Source of the DNA: an uncultured archaeon
Lineage (GTDB): Archaea; Asgardarchaeota; Lokiarchaeia; Sigyniarchaeales; Promethearchaeaceae
Length of the DNA stretch: 19,345 bases
Assembly (NCBI GenBank): GCA_964426185.1
Contig: CAYRPF010000066.1
Span: forward strand, 1 to 19,345
Direction: 5' to 3'
Shown: positions 1 to 6,878 of the stretch, one piece after another
Position numbering within the stretch: position 1 is the stretch's first letter
How the letters are laid out: every line of letters begins with the position of its first letter
Made by a program: the position numbers and the translations under genes
Notes under the pieces: model-generated
What the model saw: the letters and a program-made list of their open reading frames with translations, nothing else
Database searches by the model: none
Told to the model about the DNA's origin: nothing

Positions 1-378
1 GGATATTTGCTTCGGTTTCGCCCCTCCATTTTCACATGGTTTAGAAGTTGAAGAATAAAAGACATTATTAGGTATTTTGGGATTTGCCATTCGACCTGGA
101 TGATTTAAATGGGCAATCACACGAGTATCATATTTATGAATCATATCAATGAGATTTTTCAAGCCAGGAATTTTACCATCATTATCTATTCCAAGTTGAG
201 TGGGAATTTCTCGCAGATTTGATGATAAATAAAGCGGTTCTAAGATAATTGCACCTAAATCTTTGCATCTTTGTTCATAGAAATCCATGTGAGCTTGAGT
301 TACTACGCCACTCCCATCACTGTATCCTGTTTTGATGGGAGCAAACAAAAAGTGATTCTTAAAATTTAACATGATCAT
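1..378 (-). CDS. NADH:flavin oxidoreductase / Old Yellow Enzyme family (2,4-dienoyl-CoA reductase-like), N-terminal part; runs off the left edge
   Basis: Absent from the ORF track. Manual translation from ATG 378 (or 372): MIMLNFKNHFLFAPIKTGYSDGSGVVTQAHMDFYEQRCKDLGAIILEPLYLSSNLREIPTQLGIDNDGKIPGLKNLIDMIHKYDTRVIAHLNHPGRMANPK. This matches the OYE N-terminal pattern (KNR...AP; G.v....YY..RA; lgi..D..i.gl..l.d.iH; QL.H.GR). Confidence 0.88.
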   Translation of the reverse strand, partial: MIMLNFKNHFLFAPIKTGYSDGSGVVTQAHMDFYEQRCKDLGAIILEPLYLSSNLREIPTQLGIDNDGKIPGLKNLIDMIHKYDTRVIAHLNHPGRMANPKIPNNVFYSSTSKPCENGGAKPKQIS

Positions 379-451
379 TCAAAAAACTACTAATTTTTAA
401 AATTTAGCATAATTATTCAAAACTCTTTATTAAAAAAGATTATGTTAAATC

Positions 452-593
452 AATACACACTGAAAGTTCTTTAGAAATTTAATAAATAAAATTTCTCTAT
501 ACATTACGACAAAAAAACATAGTTATTTCTTATAATAAATAAGATAACAAACATTTAAATACCAATACACACTAATTATAATTAATACACACT
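452..593 (+). repeat. Three exact copies of AATACACACT (452-461, 564-573, 584-593); candidate operator/iteron sites
   Basis: Read directly. Copies 2 and 3 are 20 bp apart (about two helical turns) and start just after a TATA-like box. Copies 1 and 2 are both preceded by TTAAAT..C. Confidence 0.75.
554..561 (+). promoter_or_regulatory. Archaeal TATA box (TTTAAATA) for the RHH-bactofilin operon
   Basis: Matches the TTTAWATA consensus, has an A-rich upstream segment, and lies upstream of + strand genes. Confidence 0.5.
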
Positions 594-731
594 AAAAATG
601 TGATTATCATGTCTTTACAAAATAGCTCTCAACCTTCATGTAAGAAATACAATTACAGCCGAGAAGCTGGCTTTGAGAATCTCATTTAATAATATTTTTT
701 CATTATTTGAGCCGTAACATAAACAGCCTTA

Positions 732-836
732 ATGATAAGAAGAAGTTTATTCGGCCGAATTGTGGAAATGCTCAAAAAACTTGAAAGACTGAAGAAAAAT
801 AAAAAAGAATGGATTGCATTTTTAGAAATAAAATAA
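732..836 (+). CDS. Possible 34-aa basic amphipathic microprotein (MIRRSLFGRIVEMLKKLERLKKNKKEWIAFLEIK)
   Basis: ATG 732 to TAA 836, ending 13 nt before the 850 start. Helical i/i+3/i+4 hydrophobic pattern. No homology recognised. Confidence 0.3.
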   Translation: MIRRSLFGRIVEMLKKLERLKKNKKEWIAFLEIK

Positions 837-849
837 AAGGATTGATTAT

Positions 850-1887
850 ATGTTTGAAGAAGAAACCCTATTTGAACAATTCTCTGCAGAACTAGGTAAT
901 CTTGAAGCTCATCTCTATTCCATTCGAGATGAAGCTAAAGAAGTTGAAGAATATTCAGAAGAATTGGCGGAAGATGTCTTGGAAAAAGTAGAAGATGCCA
1001 TGGAAATATTAGAAGAAGCTACCGAACTGCAGGAAGAAGTACGAGAACTTCTGGTAATGTTTCTTGATAAAGCAGCCGATGCAGCACGTTTATATGATAA
1101 AGCACAAAATGATCCCACCCCAGCAGCTCAAAAAGAAGCAGCAAAGTCAAAACTAAAGGCTGAAAATGCCCGTCAGAAACTTGATAAAAAATTAGATCGT
1201 CTCGGCACATTCATTGAAAAAATAAAGATTGGAATTGAAAAAGCAAATACACGTTTGAACATTGCCAAATTAAAAGTTCGTACCAAAGCTGAGCGAGAGC
1301 GAAATAAAAAGGTACGCATCAACTTCACACTTCCTGAAAATATGAAAGATGATTGGAAAAGTTTAGCTGATGAATTAGGTATCTCCGTTTCTGAAATGAT
1401 TCGCGATGCGATGGAAGAATTCAAACAAGGTATGAAATCACTGGAAGGATTAGATAAAGATCTCGGTCAAATGGGAAAGAAATTAGGAAAATTCGGTAAA
1501 AAAATGTCAAAATTCGTAGAGAGCCAAGTGCAAAATGCTTATCCTTATACAGATATTGCTCCGCAAAAACCCACACAGGCTTCACAGCCAATTCCCCCCC
1601 AAACCCCAGTTCCTCCAAGCACACATTTCCAACAATCTTCTCATCTTTCAATAATGGATAAAGAACGATTAAAAAAACGGATTACTGGATTAATTCGAAT
1701 TCAAAACGGAATTCCAGTGGATAAATTGGCTCAAGCTTTAAAACAAAGCGATGAAGATGCTGAAAACCTTATTTATGAATTGGTTGCGGAAGGTATTGAT
1801 GGAAAACTTGAAGGTGGTGTGTTCAAATACAAAAATAAAACCGAAGAGGTTATTGAAACCTTTCATAAGTTAATAGATAGGATGTGA
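850..1887 (+). CDS. Multidomain DNA-binding protein: long coiled coil + CopG/ribbon-helix-helix domain + Pro/Gln linker + C-terminal PCI-like winged helix
   Basis: aa ~154-191 KVRINFTLPENMKDDWKSLADELGISVSEMIRDAMEEF is a classic RHH (alternating beta strand, helix, G-x-S-x-S-E-x-x-R). C-terminal IPVDKLAQALKQSDEDAENLIYELVAEGIDGKLE resembles the PCI winged helix. The N-terminus has an acidic then a basic heptad-like helix. Confidence 0.75.
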   Translation: MFEEETLFEQFSAELGNLEAHLYSIRDEAKEVEEYSEELAEDVLEKVEDAMEILEEATELQEEVRELLVMFLDKAADAARLYDKAQNDPTPAAQKEAAKSKLKAENARQKLDKKLDRLGTFIEKIKIGIEKANTRLNIAKLKVRTKAERERNKKVRINFTLPENMKDDWKSLADELGISVSEMIRDAMEEFKQGMKSLEGLDKDLGQMGKKLGKFGKKMSKFVESQVQNAYPYTDIAPQKPTQASQPIPPQTPVPPSTHFQQSSHLSIMDKERLKKRITGLIRIQNGIPVDKLAQALKQSDEDAENLIYELVAEGIDGKLEGGVFKYKNKTEEVIETFHKLIDRM

Positions 1888-2933
1888 TTAGAGAAATGTC
1901 GAATGAAAACGAAAATAGAATCAAAGGAAGTCCCATGAAAATCAGCGGAGCTATGAAGATACCATCAGGTCGATATAATCGTGATATTAAAGTTTCAGGC
2001 AGTTGTCGCTCAGATGGAGATATAGAATGTCACTTTTTCAAATCCAGTGGTAGTGTACATATCAACGGAAATTTGGTCGCTCTTGAAGGAATTTCTTCAT
2101 CTGGATCATTTCAAGTTGATGGTACCGTGCAAAGTGAAGAAGATGCAAAATTCTCTTCCAGTGTTAAGGTCGGCGGGAATGTCATTGTGGGTGAAAGTTT
2201 AAAAGTATCCAGTTCATTTCAATGTGCAGGACGCCTGTCAGTTGAAAAAGAAGCTCATTTTTCAAGTTCAGCCCAAATTGGTGAAGATGTTATTATAGGT
2301 TCATTACATGTTAGCTCTTCATTTTCTACAGGAGGTCTTTTAAATTCAGATGGTGATGCCAAATTTTCAAGTTCATCTCATATTGAAGGAGAAACTGTAG
2401 TTGGAGGTACCTTGAAAGTATCAGGAAGCTTTTCTTGTAAAAGTAGCATTCAAGTGGATGAAGATGCGAAATTTTCCAGTTCAACTGATATAAAAGAAAA
2501 TGTACTAATCAGCGGATTTTTAAAAGCTTCTAGCAGTTTTAAGGCAGGAGGAAAGGTAGTGGCAGATGGAGGGGTAAAATTTTCCAGTTCAACTTCGATT
2601 GGTCAATCTCTTTATTCCAATAAAATTGTGGATGTAACCGGCCGAATTGAGGTTGCTGAAAATATTGAAGCTGAAACAGTTTACATCGGCGTAAATAATA
2701 AAGGTATGAAATTGCATCGTGAAGGAAATGTATCAAAAATTCATGGTTCCATTATAGCTGTGCATGAAGTAGATGTCGAAGATACATATATAGACGGCGA
2801 TGTTCGGGCAGAAAGAGTATGCTTAGGGCCCAATACGAAGGTATTTGGTACAATATACTATGTTTCTGATTTTCGAGCTGATGATAAAGCTACGTTTGCA
2901 AATGCTCAACAACTTAATCCTGAAGAATTATAA
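1884..2933 (+). CDS. Extended bactofilin-like polymer-forming cytoskeletal protein (YhbE/YhbF-like beta-helix); true start may be ATG 1896
   Basis: Continuous 17-18-aa solenoid repeats. N-terminus KISG...DIKVSGS...GDIEC and C-terminus I.G.I.A..VD.EDT.I.GDVRAERV.LGPN.KV.G.IYY resemble long bactofilins. GTGA overlap with the upstream stop codon. Confidence 0.8.
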   Translation: MIREMSNENENRIKGSPMKISGAMKIPSGRYNRDIKVSGSCRSDGDIECHFFKSSGSVHINGNLVALEGISSSGSFQVDGTVQSEEDAKFSSSVKVGGNVIVGESLKVSSSFQCAGRLSVEKEAHFSSSAQIGEDVIIGSLHVSSSFSTGGLLNSDGDAKFSSSSHIEGETVVGGTLKVSGSFSCKSSIQVDEDAKFSSSTDIKENVLISGFLKASSSFKAGGKVVADGGVKFSSSTSIGQSLYSNKIVDVTGRIEVAENIEAETVYIGVNNKGMKLHREGNVSKIHGSIIAVHEVDVEDTYIDGDVRAERVCLGPNTKVFGTIYYVSDFRADDKATFANAQQLNPEEL

Positions 2934-2953
2934 AAAATCTTTTTTATTTTAGG

Positions 2954-3253
2954 TTAATATAATTTTATCTGGTCATTTGGTGTTAGAACTAAAATATCAT
3001 CACCAATTCTGCCTACTGAACCACCATGACGCATGCATATCTGTTTCAACTTGTTCATCGTGTTTTTTAAGGTAATTAAATCATGCTGGTGTTGTTCAAA
3101 GAAAAGTCTAGTTTGAACGAAGAGAATGCGGTTTTTTGCCAAATTTTCACTTATATGTTTTAAATCACGCTGGTCTTGCAATTCTAATTTCCGAATATAT
3201 ACTGGGGGGTTTACTTGCTTCTCTTCTGCGGTAATTTTCATATTTTCACACAC
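2954..3253 (-). CDS. sepF: Cell division protein SepF (archaeal type, DUF552); start GTG 3253 or ATG 3241
   Basis: VYIRKLEL...DL..I.E.L....ILFV...L..LK.....GGSVGRIGDDILVLTP matches the archaeal SepF core (GG.i..lg...l.lTP). A GGAGGAG RBS lies immediately upstream. Confidence 0.8.
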   Translation of the reverse strand: MCENMKITAEEKQVNPPVYIRKLELQDQRDLKHISENLAKNRILFVQTRLFFEQHQHDLITLKNTMNKLKQICMRHGGSVGRIGDDILVLTPNDQIKLY

Positions 3254-3409
3254 TCCTCCAAATGAAAGAATATTCTCTCATTCACTAATCTTCTTATCTT
3301 TCACGAAGACTATGAAAACTCTTATCATCTCCTCATTATTTAGATCTTCTCTGGATATTATGGTTAGGTGTAGTGAAAGAAATAAAGCGCATCTTAATTA
3401 ATCAATGAA

Positions 3410-3442
3410 AAGTTAAGGGGAAGTTAAAAGAAAGTCAAAAGG
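3410..3442 (+). promoter_or_regulatory. Three AAGTYAA motifs at 11-bp period in the divergent sepF / radical SAM promoter
   Basis: aagttaagggg-aagttaaaaga-aagtcaaaagg, just upstream of TATA-like TTTTTTAAG (3451-3459). Confidence 0.35.
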
Positions 3443-3511
3443 GTGTGTTCTTTTTTAAGCTGTGTATCAATAAAAAAATTACTAAAACACCCAGAGGGTT
3501 TCTGCTACTAA

Positions 3512-4891
3512 ATGCCGACTATTTTAGAAAAAATCCGAATTTTAGGAGAAAATGGAAAATGGGACGTTTGTGCCAGCACAGCCAGCAACCGCTTTGAAGT
3601 AGCACCAAACATCTTTCATTCTTCTTCAAAAAATAACTCTTCTTTCGGATCTACCATTTCTTCTGGAATTTGTCACTCTTATACACCAGACGGCCGCTGT
3701 GTTTCGCTGTTTAAGGTTTTATTTACTAACAAATGCATTTACAACTGTAAATACTGCTTTAATACAGTTTGTAAACAACGGATGGAATTTACACCTGAAG
3801 AATACGCCAAAGTATTCATGAAGCTTTATACCATGAACGTTTTAGAGGGTTTATTTTTAAGTTCGGGCATTTGCAAAGACGCAGATGAAACTACCAAAAA
3901 AATGCTGGAAACAGTGAAGTTAATACGGTTTAAATACGGATTTCAAGGATACATCCACTTTAAATGTCTTCCTGGCACGAGTTACTATTTAATAAAGGAA
4001 GCTGTCCGATTAGTGGATCGTATTTCCATAAATCTTGAGGCACCTACAAAAGAACATCTTGCAGCGATAGCAGATCAAAAAAATTTTCAAAGTGATATAA
4101 TTCAGCGCCAAAGATGGATTCAAAGTATTAGAAATCGGCATAATGCAGATGTTATGCATGAAATTAAAGATCTACAAGAGGATAGCCGCGTAAAACTCCC
4201 TATCAATTTTTATAATGGTATAATAGAAGAAAAATCCAAATCAAAATTAAAAATAGGCGAAGGTTGGATAGATGATTGGGGATTTGAGCGAAAAGCTACT
4301 GGATACAATAAAATTCGCTGGGATAATGCCCCTATACTTAATACAGGACAAACCACACAATTCGTTTTAGGAGCCAGCGAAGAGTCAGATTGGGATGTGT
4401 TACGCCGATTAGATTGGGCTTATCGAGAAGTTAATCTACGCCGGGGGTATTTCTCAGCTTTCTATCCTATCAATGGTACTCCACTAGAAAGACTTACACC
4501 TACACCTTTAGAAAGAGAGCATCGTTTGTATCAAACTGACTGGTTGTTGCGGTTATATAATTTCAAGATTAGAGATGTCAAGGCTATTTTAACAAACGAG
4601 AATAATCTTCCTAGAGGCGATCCAAAAATCCATTTAGCTCGCCAATATTTTGAAAATAACGAATTTGTTGATCCAAACACGGCCTCCAAGAAAGAATTGC
4701 TACGAGTTCCAGGAATAGGTTTGCAATCAGCAGCCCGAATAATGCAATTACGCGCTCACCGACAAAGAATAAAATCCAGAGCACAATTAAAAGCAATGGG
4801 AGTAGTTTTAAAGCGAGCAGAACCATTCCTACGAATCAACGGTTCAACTCAGCGAACTTTACCCCAATATATCGAGGAAATAAAAGCATGA
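3512..4891 (+). CDS. Putative DNA modification/repair radical SAM protein with C-terminal helix-hairpin-helix (TIGR03916-like)
   Basis: Family motifs GICHSYTPDGRCVSLFKVL, CxxxCxxC (CIYNCKYC), EGLFLSSG, GYIH.K, GQTTQ, REHRLYQ.DWLLR.Y, DPK, and HhH LLRVPGIG..SA.RI. Confidence 0.93.
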   Translation: MPTILEKIRILGENGKWDVCASTASNRFEVAPNIFHSSSKNNSSFGSTISSGICHSYTPDGRCVSLFKVLFTNKCIYNCKYCFNTVCKQRMEFTPEEYAKVFMKLYTMNVLEGLFLSSGICKDADETTKKMLETVKLIRFKYGFQGYIHFKCLPGTSYYLIKEAVRLVDRISINLEAPTKEHLAAIADQKNFQSDIIQRQRWIQSIRNRHNADVMHEIKDLQEDSRVKLPINFYNGIIEEKSKSKLKIGEGWIDDWGFERKATGYNKIRWDNAPILNTGQTTQFVLGASEESDWDVLRRLDWAYREVNLRRGYFSAFYPINGTPLERLTPTPLEREHRLYQTDWLLRLYNFKIRDVKAILTNENNLPRGDPKIHLARQYFENNEFVDPNTASKKELLRVPGIGLQSAARIMQLRAHRQRIKSRAQLKAMGVVLKRAEPFLRINGSTQRTLPQYIEEIKA

Positions 4892-5595
4892 AAAATAATA
4901 AATCAAATTTATTCAATGGATACGGCTCTTTTTGTACGTCACAGCAAGGATACAGCAAAACAGATATTTTAAAGCTTATTCCAAGACATAAAGATTTTTC
5001 TGGCCAATTGAAAAAACAAATAGAAAACATTCCCGAAATTATTCTTAAAACTTCCGGATCACCCATTGCGCGCAAAATAAATGGAATGATTAGAGAATTA
5101 TTCAAAGAATTGGACCGCCAACGACAATTTACCCGCACAATTTTATCAAAAAAGGGAATTTTATCAGGCAAAATTGCTTGTCAACATAGAGTTGAAGATT
5201 GGGTGCTAAATTATTTCCATATCCGTTTTCCCGATTTTACAATTTGTTTATTCAATGAAAGAACGAAGAAAACGTGGGTTATAAATAATTTTGGCCAAAT
5301 TAAGAAATATGCTAAACCTTTTGAATTAATAGTTCAAATGTTATCCAGTAATCGAGAGGATTTAGATTGGAACTGGGCAGAATGGTCAATAGATAAATCA
5401 GATTATGATGCAGAAACGTTGTTTACAGAATTTTATTCATCCCAATTTATCAAAAAGCGCGAAAATCGCCGGTATTTTCAGCATATGATTCCAAAAAAGA
5501 TGCACAAACATCCTGGATTGCGCGGAAAAATTGAGAATAGCTTTCAAAATACTTCTTTAGACATTTTTACCAAATCTTCTCAAAAATCGAAATAA
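4888..5595 (+). CDS. DUF4130 / TIGR03915-like putative DNA metabolism protein, partner of the radical SAM
   Basis: ATGA overlap with the radical SAM gene. Motifs E.DR.RQF.R, H.V......YF..RF, and F.EFY.SQFI..REN.R.F..MIPKK match DUF4130. Confidence 0.8.
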   Translation: MKNNKSNLFNGYGSFCTSQQGYSKTDILKLIPRHKDFSGQLKKQIENIPEIILKTSGSPIARKINGMIRELFKELDRQRQFTRTILSKKGILSGKIACQHRVEDWVLNYFHIRFPDFTICLFNERTKKTWVINNFGQIKKYAKPFELIVQMLSSNREDLDWNWAEWSIDKSDYDAETLFTEFYSSQFIKKRENRRYFQHMIPKKMHKHPGLRGKIENSFQNTSLDIFTKSSQKSK

Positions 5596-6218
5596 CATGA
5601 ATTTTTTATATCCATTTTATTTTATATTAGTACATGCCGTTTACACCATTTCATTTTGGGCATGCCCTTCCATTTGGTTTTTTAGATTGGAAAAAAAACC
5701 GCATTGATCTCCCTTCTGCGTTATTGGCATCTGTAATTGTTGATGTAAGAGCTACTTATATATTTATATTTAACATTAATGCCCCTTATCACGGAATACT
5801 GCATAATTTTCTGATAGCTACTCTTTTAGGAATGGCCGTGGCAATTTTTATGCAATTACTCCAACCAATTTATAATCCTTGGTTAGAAAAGATAGATCTG
5901 AAGCAGGAAAGTAATTTGATGGGTAAAATAATTATTTCGGTATGCATGACCAGCACCCATATTTTCTTGGATGCAGCACTTTATCCCGAAATGAATCCAT
6001 TATGGCCGTTTCACATGGGAAACCCATTATTGGGGTGGTTAACTTCCAACCAAGCATATTTAATTTGTATCATAGGATTTATTGTTGCTGGAATTCAGGT
6101 TTTAGGTTATTATTTTTATCGAATGCTGCGAAGAGAACCAAGTTCACCCGAACGTGTCCAAAATCAAAGAAAATATCAAGTAAAATTGGAAAATTTGGCT
6201 AAAAAATCGAAATAACAT
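5582..6218 (+). repeat. 17-bp exact direct repeat AAAAATCGAAATAACAT (5582-5598 and 6202-6218) bracketing the hydrolase gene
   Basis: Read directly. Each copy contains the stop codon of a gene, and both proteins end in KSK*. Confidence 0.8.
5634..6215 (+). CDS. Membrane-bound metal-dependent hydrolase (YdjM-like superfamily)
   Basis: MPFTPFH start, VIVD, HG.LH, and HI.LD...Y.EM.PLWPF..NP motifs, with about 4 hydrophobic segments. Confidence 0.8.
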   Translation: MPFTPFHFGHALPFGFLDWKKNRIDLPSALLASVIVDVRATYIFIFNINAPYHGILHNFLIATLLGMAVAIFMQLLQPIYNPWLEKIDLKQESNLMGKIIISVCMTSTHIFLDAALYPEMNPLWPFHMGNPLLGWLTSNQAYLICIIGFIVAGIQVLGYYFYRMLRREPSSPERVQNQRKYQVKLENLAKKSK

Positions 6219-6230
6219 AACGCAAAATAC

Positions 6231-6260
6231 TTGAGTTATGAATAATTATTCATAATTCAA
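6231..6260. promoter_or_regulatory. 30-bp near-perfect palindrome with a TGAA-N6-TTCA core (ArsR/SmtB-like operator, or a hairpin)
   Basis: TTGAGTTATGAATAATTATTCATAATTCAA; 6236-6255 is a perfect 20-bp palindrome. Confidence 0.55.
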
Positions 6261-6407
6261 TCTCCCACCCCCATAATCTTAAAAGATTTCTATATTTCGC
6301 TTTTTGTTCAGAATTCATTAAATGGGCTTTTAGGAAGTAAAAAAGTCTTTTCTTTTGGAAGAACAAAATTTTTTAAGAGAGATTTCATTAGTTAATATTA
6401 GAAGAAT

Positions 6408-6421
6408 TTAGACACACCTAA
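6408..6421. promoter_or_regulatory. DtxR/MntR-type metal repressor box TTAG-N6-CTAA upstream of feoA
   Basis: TTAGACACACCTAA lies 22 nt before the feoA ATG and about 30 nt downstream of TATA-like TTTTTAAG (~6370-6377). Same geometry as the MntR box TTAGGTTAGCCTAA. Confidence 0.6.
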
Positions 6422-6443
6422 CAAATTTCCTTTGTGATCTTAA

Positions 6444-6719
6444 ATGCTCGACCCCAATTCAAAAGTTACTGCTAAAACACCTAAAATCATGTCATTGGCA
6501 AACCTACCACTAAATACCGTTGGAATTGTTAAATTTATAAATGCTGGAATGAAGGCCAACCGTCGATTGACAGGATTAGGAATAACCCCTGGGATAAAAA
6601 TTACTAAATTATCTGAAGCTCCTTTTCATGGGCCTGTACAGATAGAAGTCAGAGGGACTCGATTAGCTTTAGGTCGAGGGATCGCCAATAAAATTATGGT
6701 AGAAAGATATCTTACATAA
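6444..6719 (+). CDS. feoA: Ferrous iron transport protein A
   Basis: RRLTGLGITPG..I.....AP..GPV.IEVRGTRLALGRG.A.KI.V is the canonical FeoA SH3-like pattern; directly upstream of feoB. Confidence 0.95.
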   Translation: MLDPNSKVTAKTPKIMSLANLPLNTVGIVKFINAGMKANRRLTGLGITPGIKITKLSEAPFHGPVQIEVRGTRLALGRGIANKIMVERYLT

Positions 6720-6878
6720 TCTTGGTAATAATATCAATATATCATTGGAAATTTCAAATAATTAACATTTTCGGCAGATCAAATGGTTTTCGCCTTACCC
6801 CCGCAATGTATTACGTTGTTTATCAAACTACGTTTTTTCTTTTTTCAGCAAAAATCTCCAAATATAATATATAACCTG

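Noticed and set aside
850-1310. ESCRT-III/PspA homologue
   Set aside because: The charge order is reversed (acidic then basic) and no family motif is recognisable; treated as a generic coiled coil.
4131-4340. Intein in the radical SAM insertion
   Set aside because: Only about 70 aa, with no C/S start or HN-C/S/T end motif.
6210-6260. Integron attC site after the hydrolase gene (TAAC...GTTA)
   Set aside because: Too short, lacks proper R/L box architecture, is a single instance, and no integrase is present.
6783-6878. N-terminal extension of FeoB from ATG 6783
   Set aside because: Phe-rich translation of a T-tract; FeoB similarity starts after ATG 6879/6888.
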